DNA from: Gemmatimonadales bacterium
Lineage (GTDB): Bacteria > Gemmatimonadota > Gemmatimonadetes > Gemmatimonadales > GWC2-71-9
DNA length: 64,000 nt
Assembly: GCA_038321865.1 (NCBI GenBank)
Contig: JBBQFH010000004.1
Coordinates: forward strand, 32,001 to 96,000
Direction of reading: 5' to 3'
Shown here: positions 19,387-30,182 of the stretch, one piece after another
Position numbering within the stretch: position 1 is the first letter of the stretch
How the letters are laid out: each line of letters starts with the position of its first letter
Made by a program: the position numbers and the translations under genes
Notes under the pieces: generated by a model
The model's input: only the letters and a program-made list of their open reading frames with translations
The model's database searches: none
Told to the model about the DNA's origin: nothing

Positions 19387-20447
19387 TGACGAACCCTCGC
19401 GAACTGACACGGGCACGCGACCTGGTCCTCGCATACGGCTGGAACGCCACGGCGTATCAGATCGTGAACCCCGGCATTGCCCACTGGTTTGCGCTCGAGG
19501 GTGATGCGGTGGTGGGCTATGCGGAATGGCGCGGAGTCCGCGTCGTGGCCGGCGCCCCGGTCTGCCCCGCCGAGCGGCTCGCCGCGGTGACTGCCGAGTT
19601 CGAACGGCGGGCCGCCCAGGAGGGGAAGCGGGTGTGCTATTTCGGAGCGGAGGGGAGACTGGAGACGTTGTATCGCGATGACGCCGGTCACGCCCGCGTG
19701 CTGCTCGGCGCCCAGCCGGTGTGGGATCCGCGGAACTGGCCGGGCATCGTTCGGGGCAATGCCCCCATCCGCGCCCAGCTCAACCGCGCCCGCAACAAGG
19801 GTGTAACCGTTCTCGAGTGGCCCTCGCCGCGCGCCGAGCGGCACCCGGAGCTGCAGCGCTGCCTCGACGAATGGCTGGCCGGCCGTGGACTCCCGCCGCT
19901 GCATTTTCTCGTGGAGCCCGAGACGCTCGCACGCCTCGGCGACCGCCGGGTGTTCGTCGCGGAGCAGGCTGGACGGCCGATCGCCTTTCTGGTGGCCTCG
20001 CCGGTGCCTCAACGGCGTGGCTGGCTCGTCGAGAAGTTCGTTCGCGGCCGCCATGCACCGAACGGTACGTCGCAGCTCATGGTGGACGCGGCGCTGCGGG
20101 CGTTCGCGGCCGACGGGGCGGAGTACGCTACCCTGGGACTCGCGCCGCTGTCCCGGCGGGCGGGCATCGACGCACCGCGCGAACCGCTCTGGCTGCACGG
20201 TGTACTCGCCTGGGTGCGCGCGCACGGGCGCCGTTTCTACAACTTCGACGGGCTCGACGCCTTCAAGGCCAGGCTGCAGCCCGAGCGGTGGGAGCCTGTC
20301 TTCGCGATCGCGGCCGGCGGGTCGTTCTCGCCCCGATTTCTCTACGCCATCGCCGCCGCCTTCAGCGGCGGCTCTCCGCTCGCTACGCTGGCGGGCGGGC
20401 TGGTCCGTGCCGCGTCGGCGGAGCTCGGCTGGGCGGCGGACCGCTGA
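19383..20447 (+). CDS. DUF2156 / aminoacyl-phosphatidylglycerol synthase catalytic domain, stand-alone
   Basis: VVAGAPVC, APNGTSQLMV, ATLGLAPLS, RFYNFDGLDAFKARLQPERWEPVF. Confidence 0.82.
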   Translation: MMTNPRELTRARDLVLAYGWNATAYQIVNPGIAHWFALEGDAVVGYAEWRGVRVVAGAPVCPAERLAAVTAEFERRAAQEGKRVCYFGAEGRLETLYRDDAGHARVLLGAQPVWDPRNWPGIVRGNAPIRAQLNRARNKGVTVLEWPSPRAERHPELQRCLDEWLAGRGLPPLHFLVEPETLARLGDRRVFVAEQAGRPIAFLVASPVPQRRGWLVEKFVRGRHAPNGTSQLMVDAALRAFAADGAEYATLGLAPLSRRAGIDAPREPLWLHGVLAWVRAHGRRFYNFDGLDAFKARLQPERWEPVFAIAAGGSFSPRFLYAIAAAFSGGSPLATLAGGLVRAASAELGWAADR

Positions 20448-20929
20448 TGGCGTCCTCTCCCGATCCGCGCCGCGAGCTGGCGAATCTGTTCGAGCGCGAG
20501 ATCCCGCTTACGCGCGCCATGTCCGTGCGTGTGCTGGCCGCGGGATCCGAGGGTGTCACTCTCGCGGCGCCGCTGGCGCCCAACCTCAACTACACCGGCA
20601 CGGCATTCGGCGGGAGTCTGGGCGCGTTGCTCGTGCTCGCCGGCTGGGCCTATCTCTGGCTGCTGCTACAGCGGAAGGGGATCAGCGGGTGGGTGGTGGT
20701 GCAGGAGAGCCATAGCGTCTTCCTGCAGCCGGTCACGCGCGAGTTCGAGGCGTCGTGCCTCCCGCCGACGGCCGCGGCGCTCGCCCAGTTCGAGACGACG
20801 CTCCGCCGCTGGGGTCGCGCGCGTATCGTCGTCGATGTGGTGATCGGCTCGGCGGCTTCCCCCGCGGTTCGGTTTCGCGGGACGTATGTCGCGTTCACCG
20901 GCACCGAGACCAGTGTCGGCGGCGCCTGA
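20447..20929 (+). CDS. YiiD C-terminal-type thioesterase
   Basis: EIPLTRAM, APLAPNLNYTGTAFGGSL, LAGW, FRGTYVA. Confidence 0.85.
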   Translation: MASSPDPRRELANLFEREIPLTRAMSVRVLAAGSEGVTLAAPLAPNLNYTGTAFGGSLGALLVLAGWAYLWLLLQRKGISGWVVVQESHSVFLQPVTREFEASCLPPTAAALAQFETTLRRWGRARIVVDVVIGSAASPAVRFRGTYVAFTGTETSVGGA

Positions 20930-20931
20930 TC

Positions 20932-21510
20932 CTAGCGTGCCACCAGGGAGGGCAATGCACGCAGTGTCTCGAGCAGCTCGGGGCTCGCGCGCTCGATGGC
21001 CGCACGCGGATCGGTTCGCAGCGCACCCGGGTGGTACAGCACGCGGAACGCCTCCGCCCAGTATTCCGCTGGATTGGTGTTGCCGTAGGCCGTCACCGCG
21101 TGCCCGCACCGGTAGTGCCGCTGCACGTTCAGGCGAAGCCCGCTATACAGCAGGTAGTCGAGCGCGTGGCCGACCTCATGGATCACGGTTCGCTCCGGAT
21201 CGCTCGAGCGGGTAATCGCGATGACCTTGCTGGTGGGATCGTACCATCCCGCCGCCGCATCAAAGGAACGGATCCCGCCCCCGTAATCGAGCACGTCCTC
21301 CGCAAACGGATACCATCGGGCGATCGTCCGGCTCGGCGTCGACCGCCGGCCGAGTATGGCGAACTGCACTCCCTGCTTGCAAATGAAATCAACGAGCGCG
21401 GCGGGAATGCGGCCGAGCCCCAGCCGGACCTGGTAGGCGCGCTCGGCGTCGTTGCAGAAGACCAGCGAGAGCGGCCCCTCGTATTCCGAGGGCAACGCGG
21501 CGTGTGACAT
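20932..21510 (-). CDS. Zinc metallopeptidase, lethal-factor/Pro-Pro endopeptidase-like
   Basis: HEVGHALD (HExxH) plus YGNTNPAEYWAEAF. Confidence 0.72.
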   Translation of the reverse strand: MSHAALPSEYEGPLSLVFCNDAERAYQVRLGLGRIPAALVDFICKQGVQFAILGRRSTPSRTIARWYPFAEDVLDYGGGIRSFDAAAGWYDPTSKVIAITRSSDPERTVIHEVGHALDYLLYSGLRLNVQRHYRCGHAVTAYGNTNPAEYWAEAFRVLYHPGALRTDPRAAIERASPELLETLRALPSLVAR

Positions 21511-21586
21511 GGCGTGGAATGCTCCGAGCGGGTTCCGGCAACGAGCGCTGCCGGGCCCCTTCCACGACACATTTCATGCCAACCGG

Positions 21587-21892
21587 TCAGAGCTGCAGTC
21601 GCCGGGTGATCACGTCCAGCCCCTTGGCCGCGGATGCCGGCGTGCGTACCACGATGTCCACGAGGCAGGTGCCGGTGTGCGGACTCGCGTGCAGCACGAT
21701 ATGGCCATCGAGACAGAGCATCGCCACCGAGTATCCGAGCGGACCCCGGCGAACGACCGGTGGCCCGGGGGCCGCGATGCCGATCGCACTGGCGGCGGCC
21801 ACGACGAGCGCTGCCAGGCCGTCCGGGTCGGCCAGGCGCGCCGCCGGCACATCGGCCAGCTCCGCGACCTGGTGGTCGAATGCCCCGCTCAC
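21587..21892 (-). CDS. S-adenosylmethionine decarboxylase-fold protein, degenerate
   Basis: GYSVAMLCLDGHIVLHASPHTGTCLVDI resembles SpeD GxSxxxxLAESHISIHTWPE...VD. Confidence 0.55.
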   Translation of the reverse strand: MSGAFDHQVAELADVPAARLADPDGLAALVVAAASAIGIAAPGPPVVRRGPLGYSVAMLCLDGHIVLHASPHTGTCLVDIVVRTPASAAKGLDVITRRLQL

Positions 21893-21939
21893 CGGAAGCG
21901 CCGCTCGATCAAGGGTATGTTTGGGGGCGGAGGATGCAC

Positions 21940-22533
21940 ATGGAGAGTTCCGAAGGTCTTGCGAAGCGTGCGGTGCCCCAAGCTAGTCCTCGCCCGCAGG
22001 GCGAGCAAGGCCGCGGTACGCCGACCGTCGCCGATGCGCTCACCGCGCTCCGGATCCCGATGGCGGTCGCGTTCATCCTGGTGCACGACGAATGGTGGCG
22101 GCTGGCGATCGTCGCCACGGCAGCCGCCACCGATCTGCTCGACGGGCGGATCGCGCGGCGCTATGGCGGCTCGCGCTTCGGCGCGGTGCTCGATCCGGTC
22201 GCCGACAAGCTCTTCATGGCCTGCGCGTTCGGGGTGGTTGCCTTCTCCGGGCGGCTCGAATGGTACGAGATCGTCGGCGTGCTCATTCGCGATATCATCG
22301 CCAGCGTCGCCTATTTCTCCACCGCCGTGTTCGGCCGCGCGATCGCCGTGCCGGCTCGCCTCGGCGGCAAGGCGGTCACGGTGGCGCAGCTGCTGACGCT
22401 GGTCGCGTTCCTGATCGACTCGCCGCGGCTCCGGCCGATGGCGTGGGCGACGGCGGCGATCGGCCTGTACGCGATCTGGGACTATCAGCGCGCCGCAGCG
22501 CGCGCCGGCACACCGCACACTGACCGGGAGTGA
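21940..22533 (+). CDS. CDP-alcohol phosphatidyltransferase (PgsA-like)
   Basis: LTALRI, ATDLLDGRIARRYGGSRFGAVLDPVADK. Start approximate. Confidence 0.9.
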   Translation: MESSEGLAKRAVPQASPRPQGEQGRGTPTVADALTALRIPMAVAFILVHDEWWRLAIVATAAATDLLDGRIARRYGGSRFGAVLDPVADKLFMACAFGVVAFSGRLEWYEIVGVLIRDIIASVAYFSTAVFGRAIAVPARLGGKAVTVAQLLTLVAFLIDSPRLRPMAWATAAIGLYAIWDYQRAAARAGTPHTDRE

Positions 22534-22535
22534 AC

Positions 22536-22946
22536 ATGGCTGGTGAGACCAAGCACGCCACCGTCGCGTGGCGCCGCGGGATGGAGTTCGAGGGCGGGCC
22601 GCCGGGGGGGCCCATGACGCTGGTGGATGGCCACGCGGCCGCGGCGCCGAGCCCGGTCGTGATGCTGCTCATCGCCGTCGCCGGGTGTACCGGGAGCGAC
22701 GTCGTGTCGATCCTGGAAAAGATGCGGGTGACGCTGGAATCATTCCGGATCGAGATCGCGGGTGTGCGGCGGGAGCACGAGCCGAAGCGGTATGTCTCGA
22801 TCCACCTGGTCTATCATATCCGTGCACAGGGGCTCGACGAGGCGAAGGCCCGGCGCGCCATCGGGTTGTCGCTCGAGAAGTATTGCTCCGTCACTCAGTC
22901 GCTCGCCCCGGACATCGCCGTCACGTATGACGTGGCGCTGGACTAG
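22536..22946 (+). CDS. OsmC family protein
   Basis: PSPVVMLLIAVAGCTGSDVVSIL...SLEKYCSV. Confidence 0.9.
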   Translation: MAGETKHATVAWRRGMEFEGGPPGGPMTLVDGHAAAAPSPVVMLLIAVAGCTGSDVVSILEKMRVTLESFRIEIAGVRREHEPKRYVSIHLVYHIRAQGLDEAKARRAIGLSLEKYCSVTQSLAPDIAVTYDVALD

Positions 22947-23373
22947 CGCCTGCGCCGTGCTGCTCGCCATCGGCTCGTCCGCCGCGGCACAGCAGGCACG
23001 CGAGCTCGGCGTTCAGGCCACGGTACTGGCCTCCAGCCCGGCCGTCGCGGTGGCCGGGCTCTACGGCGCGCTCCGCACCACGGCACGCACCCGGCTCGCC
23101 GTGACGGCAGGCGTTGGCGCCACCGATGGGCGGTTTGCCTGGCGGAGTGAGCTGCTGGCCCACTTCCTCCTGAACCCACGCAGTACGACCCGGCCTGGGA
23201 TCTACGGCGGCGGCGGCGTGGCCGCCACCGGGGCCGGTGGTCAGGCAAAGGGCTATGTGGTGGTCCTGCTGGGGATCGAGGCTCGGCCGGGCGGCTCCAG
23301 CGGCTGGGCGGTCGAGGCGGGGCTGGGTGGCGGCTTGCGGGCGGCGGTCGGCTGGCGTTGGCGCCGGCGTTGA
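22927..23373 (+). CDS. Hypothetical small outer-membrane beta-barrel-like protein
   Basis: Signal peptide ending AAAQ; alternating beta-strand pattern; aromatic C-terminus VGWRW. Confidence 0.55.
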   Translation: MTWRWTSACAVLLAIGSSAAAQQARELGVQATVLASSPAVAVAGLYGALRTTARTRLAVTAGVGATDGRFAWRSELLAHFLLNPRSTTRPGIYGGGGVAATGAGGQAKGYVVVLLGIEARPGGSSGWAVEAGLGGGLRAAVGWRWRRR

Positions 23374-23381
23374 CGGACACT

Positions 23382-23414
23382 AAAACGCCCCCGGGAAGCG
23401 ATTCCTGGGGGCGT
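23382..23414 (-). terminator. Intrinsic terminator between convergent genes
   Basis: 13-bp stem ACGCCCCCGGGAA-gcga-TTCCTGGGGGCGT (one wobble), with a U-run on the minus strand. Confidence 0.7.
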
Positions 23415-23434
23415 CAGCGTGTCCGGCAGTCAGT

Positions 23435-23704
23435 TCAGGCGCTGACCGGTTCCGCGCGTCGCTGCACCGGCTGACAGTAGCGTTCGCCGAGGGTGCGAAG
23501 CTGGGCCAGCTGCTCACCGCTCAGATCGTCATAGCGATCGGCGACGTACTGCATCGTGTCGTCGAACCATTCCTTCTGGTGCTCGGGCATCGCTTCGATC
23601 ACGCCGCAGCGCAGAATGTGGCTGAACATCTCGTCGCGGGCCTGGTCGAACGTCGAAGGCGCCGAGCTCGTCGTGGTGGTACGCCGGGTCTTTTGCTTAC
23701 TCAT
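23435..23704 (-). CDS. Hypothetical protein (89 aa)
   Basis: AAGGA RBS; FDQARDEMFSHILRCGVIEA...LRTLGERYC; has its own promoter and terminator. Confidence 0.75.
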   Translation of the reverse strand: MSKQKTRRTTTTSSAPSTFDQARDEMFSHILRCGVIEAMPEHQKEWFDDTMQYVADRYDDLSGEQLAQLRTLGERYCQPVQRRAEPVSA

Positions 23705-23739
23705 GCACCGTCCTTGTGTGGTGTCGAGGGTAACACCTT

Positions 23740-23769
23740 AATATAGATGGGTTGCACCAATTGGTGCAA
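23740..23769 (-). promoter_or_regulatory. Putative promoter overlapped by a perfect 18-bp palindrome
   Basis: TTGCACCAATTGGTGCAA at 23752-23769. The minus strand reads TTGCAC-N18-TATATT. Confidence 0.6.
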
Positions 23770-23891
23770 ACGCCACTTTCCCTCCATGCCGTACGCGTTT
23801 CCGTGTACATTTGCTGGCGTTTCAACAACGGGACGGTGCCCCGTGGGGTTCCCCCGCCGCTTCCACCACGATTTTCGGAGGATGACGATCC

Positions 23892-24611
23892 ATGGCCGGT
23901 TCGCCCAGCCCCACCAGAGGCTTCTACGTCGCGCTCGCCGCCATCGCCGGTATCGGCGTGATCGCCATCCTCTACCTGCTGCTGAAGCCATCCACGGTCG
24001 CGATCCCGATCAACGTCGCGATTCAGCCCAGCGATACGATGGGCTTCCAGGGGTACGTGCTGGGCTCGCCGACCGCGCCGGTCGAGATCACGGAATTCGC
24101 CGATTACGAGTGCCCGTTCTGTCAGACCTTCGCCACCATGCAGATGCCGACGATCCAGGACCGGCTCATCAAGACCGGCCGGCTCCGCTTCCGCTATCGC
24201 GACTTCCCGCTCAACATCCACTCCCACTCGCGGCTCGCGGCCCACGCGGCGGCCTGCGCCAGTGACCAGGGCCCGGAGAAGTACTGGGCCATGCACGACC
24301 GGATCTACGAAGGCCAGGGCGACTGGTCTCCGGCGGGCGATGCCGGCGGGTACTTTCAGACGTACGCCAAGGCGGTCGGGCTGGACATGTCGGCCTACGA
24401 CAACTGCATGAAGACGACCAAGTACGCCGGCCGGATCCAGGCCAGCTACGACCTCGGCGTTCGCTACGGCGTGCCATCCACTCCGACGATCATGGTCGGG
24501 AGTACGTTGTGGACCGGCCGGCTCGACTCGGACGCGATCCTCCACCTGGTGGATTCTCTGTCGCCGCCCGCGCCCGTTCCCCCCGCCGATTCCGCCACGG
24601 CGCGCCCGTGA
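23892..24611 (+). CDS. DsbA family thiol-disulfide oxidoreductase
   Basis: N-terminal TM; EFADYECPFC; RDFPL; GVPSTPT. Confidence 0.92.
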   Translation: MAGSPSPTRGFYVALAAIAGIGVIAILYLLLKPSTVAIPINVAIQPSDTMGFQGYVLGSPTAPVEITEFADYECPFCQTFATMQMPTIQDRLIKTGRLRFRYRDFPLNIHSHSRLAAHAAACASDQGPEKYWAMHDRIYEGQGDWSPAGDAGGYFQTYAKAVGLDMSAYDNCMKTTKYAGRIQASYDLGVRYGVPSTPTIMVGSTLWTGRLDSDAILHLVDSLSPPAPVPPADSATARP

Positions 24612-25033
24612 AGTACCGGATGGCGGCGGCCCTCCTCAGTCTCGTGGGGGTCTTCGTCGCGCTGTACCTCTTTCTGTACAAGATCGGGAAGATCGGCGCG
24701 CTGGTCTGCGGGACGGGCTCGTGCGAGGCCGTGCAGCAGAGCCGCTGGGCGCGGTTCGCCGGCGTGGACGTCTCGCTCATCGGGCTGATCGGCTATCTGA
24801 CCCTCCTCGCGCTCGCCGTCGCGTCGCTCCAGCCGGGGCGGCGGTCGCTGGCATCCGCGCTGACCGTCCTCAGCGGCCTCGGGGTGCTCTTCAGTGCCTA
24901 CCTCACGTACATCGAGCTCTTCGTGCTTCACGCCATCTGCCGGTGGTGTGTGGGCTCGGCGCTGATCGTCACCTCCGTCTTTCTCGCGGCGCTCCTCGAC
25001 CACCGCCATTCGCGCGCGCGGGCAGGCAGCTGA
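24608..25033 (+). CDS. Vitamin K epoxide reductase family protein
   Basis: LVCGTGSCEAVQQSRWA, YLTYIELFVLHAICRWC; GTGA overlap with dsbA. Confidence 0.92.
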   Translation: MKYRMAAALLSLVGVFVALYLFLYKIGKIGALVCGTGSCEAVQQSRWARFAGVDVSLIGLIGYLTLLALAVASLQPGRRSLASALTVLSGLGVLFSAYLTYIELFVLHAICRWCVGSALIVTSVFLAALLDHRHSRARAGS

Positions 25034-25036
25034 CCG

Positions 25037-27007
25037 ATGCACAACACCGGATACGCGGAGCGGGTCCCGCCGCGCGGCCGCGCGCTGGCGGCACTATCGC
25101 TCGGTGCGCTCGGCGTCGTGTACGGTGACATCGGCACCAGCCCGCTCTACGCGCTCCGGGAGTGCTTCAAGGGCGTCCACAGCGTTCCGCCGACGCCGGC
25201 GAACATCCTGGGCGTGCTCTCGCTCGTCTTCTGGGCGATCAACTTCGTCGTGTCGTTCAAGTACATCAGCTTCGTCATGCGGGCCGACAACCGCGGTGAG
25301 GGCGGCATCCTGGCACTGCTGGCACTGGTGCGCCCGCGCGGCGGGATCACCGGCCGCCACTGGGGCATCATCGGACTCGGGCTCTTCGGGGCGGCCCTGC
25401 TGTATGGTGACGGGATCATCACGCCTGCCGTATCGGTGCTGGGCGCGCTCGAGGGCATCAGCGTCGCCACGCCGGCGTTCGAGCGGTATGTGCCCTACAT
25501 CGCGGCCGTGATTCTCGCGGCGCTGTTCTGGGTGCAGCGCCGGGGAACCGCCGGGATCGGCCGGGTCTTCGGCCCGATCATGGTGATCTGGTTTCTCTGT
25601 ATCGCCGCGCTCGGCGTTCGCGGCATCGCGCTCAATCCATCGGTGCTCAAGGCGGCCAATCCGTGGTACGCGATGGAATTCTTCATGCATGACGGGCTCG
25701 CCGGGTTCCTCATTCTTGGCTCGGTCGTGCTTGTAATCACCGGCGCGGAGGCTTTGTACGCCGACATGGGGCACTTCGGCAAGCGGCCGATCCGGCTGGC
25801 CTGGTTCTGTTTCGCACTGCCGGCGCTGTTGCTCAACTATTTCGGCCAGTCGGCGCTGCTGCTTACCGATCCGCTGGCGGCCGACAATCCGTTCTATTCC
25901 CTGGTGCCGCCGTGGGCGCTCTATCCCATGGTCGGGATCGCCACGCTGGCGGCGATCGTCGCCTCGCAGGCCCTCATTTCGGGCGCGTTCTCGCTGACGC
26001 GCCAGGCCGTGCAACTCGGCTACAGCCCCCGGGTGACGGTGGTCCATACCTCACGCACCGAAATGGGCCAGATCTACATCCCCGAAGTGAACGGCGCGAT
26101 CGGCATCGCCTGCATCATTCTGGTGCTCACGTTCCAGCGCTCGACCAATCTCGCGGCCGCGTACGGCATCGCCGTCACCGGCACGATGATCATCACCACC
26201 ATCCTGTTTCATCGCGTCGCCCGGCGGCACTGGGGATGGGGCAGGCTCCCGGCGGGGCTCCTCACCGGCCTGTTCCTCGTGGTGGACGTCGCCTTCTTCG
26301 CTGCGAACATGGTGAAGGTGAAGGAAGGCGGATGGTTCCCGCTGGCGGTTGCCGCAGTGGTCTTCACGCTCATGACCACCTGGAAGCGCGGCCGGGACAT
26401 GCTGTCACGAACCGTGAAGGAGAACAGCCTCCCGATCGATCTCTTCCTCGCGAGCGTGGCACGGGACAAGCCGCACCGCGTGTCGGGGACGGCAGTGTTC
26501 CTGACCTCCGTGATGGACGGGGCGCCGCCGGTGCTGCTCCATCATCTCAAGCACAACAAGGTCCTGCACGAGATCGTCATCCTGCTCTCGATCGTGACCG
26601 AGGAGATCCCGCAGGTGTCCGACGCGGACCGGGTCGACTGCAAGGAGCTGGGGGAGGGGTTCTACCAGGTGATCGGCCACTACGGCTTCATGGAGTCACC
26701 CGATGTGCCTGCCATGCTGTCCGCGGCCGGGCTCGCGACGAACGCCGAGGGCCGGTCCATGATGGCGGGCAAGATCAACGTCATGCAGATGACGTTCTAT
26801 CTGGGCCGGGAGACGCTGATCGCGACGCGGCGGCCGCCCGGGATGGTGCTGGCCGCCCCGGCTGACGCGGGCGAGGGCCCACTGACGATGTCGCACTGGC
26901 GCAAGAAGATCTTCATTCTCATGACGCGCAATGCCCGCTCGGCGACCGCGTTCTTCAATCTGCCGCCGAACCGCGTCGTCGAGCTGGGCGCGCAGATCCA
27001 GATCTGA
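25037..27007 (+). CDS. kup: Potassium uptake permease
   Basis: LGVVYGDIGTSPLY, ADNRGEGG, GAEALYADMGHF, GQIYIP, RVVELG. Confidence 0.97.
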   Translation: MHNTGYAERVPPRGRALAALSLGALGVVYGDIGTSPLYALRECFKGVHSVPPTPANILGVLSLVFWAINFVVSFKYISFVMRADNRGEGGILALLALVRPRGGITGRHWGIIGLGLFGAALLYGDGIITPAVSVLGALEGISVATPAFERYVPYIAAVILAALFWVQRRGTAGIGRVFGPIMVIWFLCIAALGVRGIALNPSVLKAANPWYAMEFFMHDGLAGFLILGSVVLVITGAEALYADMGHFGKRPIRLAWFCFALPALLLNYFGQSALLLTDPLAADNPFYSLVPPWALYPMVGIATLAAIVASQALISGAFSLTRQAVQLGYSPRVTVVHTSRTEMGQIYIPEVNGAIGIACIILVLTFQRSTNLAAAYGIAVTGTMIITTILFHRVARRHWGWGRLPAGLLTGLFLVVDVAFFAANMVKVKEGGWFPLAVAAVVFTLMTTWKRGRDMLSRTVKENSLPIDLFLASVARDKPHRVSGTAVFLTSVMDGAPPVLLHHLKHNKVLHEIVILLSIVTEEIPQVSDADRVDCKELGEGFYQVIGHYGFMESPDVPAMLSAAGLATNAEGRSMMAGKINVMQMTFYLGRETLIATRRPPGMVLAAPADAGEGPLTMSHWRKKIFILMTRNARSATAFFNLPPNRVVELGAQIQI

Positions 27008-27008
27008 C

Positions 27009-28964
<1,956 letters not shown>

Positions 28965-29147
28965 TGCGCCCACGGGTGAGGGGGGGTCAGGCAGCATCGT
29001 GCAGGACGTGCAGTCGAAGGTATGTCGGCGAGTGCAAAGTGTGAATTGCAGTTGTCCCGCCGCTGTCGCGGAGTGCGGTGTGGCGGGGGTCGGGGACCGA
29101 TTTGGGCTGACCGGTTAAATTGCTTTGGTTTATCGGGTTACCACGCG

Positions 29148-29162
29148 TGGCACCGGTCTCGC
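29148..29162 (+). promoter_or_regulatory. Putative sigma54 (-24/-12) promoter
   Basis: TGGCAC-CGGTC-TCGC, with GG-N10-GC spacing intact; about 45 nt upstream of the riboswitch. Confidence 0.45.
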
Positions 29163-29205
29163 CTTGTGCCATGCCGCGACCGCAAGGTTCGCAGCGGATA
29201 CCCAT

Positions 29206-29310
29206 TCCGCCCGATAAGAGCACACCCGGAGCGATCCGGGGCCGCAAAACTAGAGGTCTCACGCGCGGGCACATCGGCCGGCAGTGAGATAGCTCGGTGC
29301 CGAAGGTGGA
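29206..29310 (+). ncRNA. GEMM-I (c-di-GMP-I family) riboswitch, A20 variant (putative 3',3'-cGAMP sensor)
   Basis: P1 TCCGCC-CG / CG-AA-GGTGGA; G-ATAAG-A-GC-ACA; P2 CCCGGA-GCGA-TCCGGG; CCGCAAAA core; P3 GTCTCAC...GTGAGAT; TGCCGAA 3' motif. Confidence 0.82.
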
Positions 29311-29369
29311 GAGGTAGTGGAGCGGCTCTCGCGCTCCGCTCCCGGCTTATCGGGTGTTCGGAGGACGCA

Positions 29370-29684
29370 GTGAAGGCCACACACTCACCGGGGCGCGAGC
29401 TAGCTGCACCGGAAAACCTCGGACTGGAAACGCGGGTCGAGTTTCGCAAGGCGGCCATCGCGCTGCTCGATGCGCTGCCGGAGGGATCCGGCTCGCTGCT
29501 GGTGGACCTGACCCGAACTCGCACCGTGGACTCGGCGGGACTCGGCGCCCTGATGCTGGTTCAGCGCCGGGCGGCTGAGCGGCGCCAGACCGTCGTGCTC
29601 CGCAACGCGAACGAGGAGCTCCGCTTTCTCCTGGCCCTGACGCGGCTGGATGATCTCTTTCGCATCGAGTCGTCATTCGACTGA
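29370..29684 (+). CDS. STAS-domain anti-sigma factor antagonist
   Basis: GGAGG RBS and GTG start; LLVDLTRTRTVDSAGLGAL (phospho-Ser motif), LTRLDDLF. Confidence 0.88.
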   Translation: MKATHSPGRELAAPENLGLETRVEFRKAAIALLDALPEGSGSLLVDLTRTRTVDSAGLGALMLVQRRAAERRQTVVLRNANEELRFLLALTRLDDLFRIESSFD

Positions 29685-29810
29685 GCCTGCCGCCGGCGCC
29701 TTCGGCCCGGATTCGGGTAGACGCCTCATCCCCGATCGATTAACGTACTCGCCGCTGGCCTGCACCAGCCTTTCGCCGTCAATGGCGGACGCTGCGGTTT
29801 TCCGGGACCA

Positions 29811-30182
29811 ATGATGACTGAACTGAAGCCCCGTCGTCGCGTTCTCATCGTCGAGGACGAGCCGGCGCTTCGTCTGAATTACGAACGATTTTTTGCCCCC
29901 CGCTACGACCTCGTTTTCGCCGCCACCGGCGCGGAAGCGATGGCGCGGCTCGAAGAAATGACACCCGATGTGGCCGTGCTGGACATGCGGCTTCCCGACA
30001 CGGACGGTGTCGCGCTGCTCCGGCGCATTCGTACCAACCAGCCGACCCTGCCGGTGATCATCACGACGGCCTACATGAGCATCGAGCCGCAGCTGCAGTT
30101 CCTCGACCTTCCCTACTCCGACTACATCGTAAAGCCGTTCCGTCTCGACGAGCTCGGCGCACGGATCGATGCAGCCGTATGA
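29811..30182 (+). CDS. Single-domain response regulator
   Basis: VLIVEDE, PDVAVLDMRLPD, IITTAY, YIVKPF. Confidence 0.92.
   Translation: MMTELKPRRRVLIVEDEPALRLNYERFFAPRYDLVFAATGAEAMARLEEMTPDVAVLDMRLPDTDGVALLRRIRTNQPTLPVIITTAYMSIEPQLQFLDLPYSDYIVKPFRLDELGARIDAAV

Noticed and set aside
23752..23769. Definite NtrC binding site
   Set aside because: The spacer is 1 nt shorter than the NtrC consensus and no nitrogen genes are adjacent; kept only as an unknown operator.
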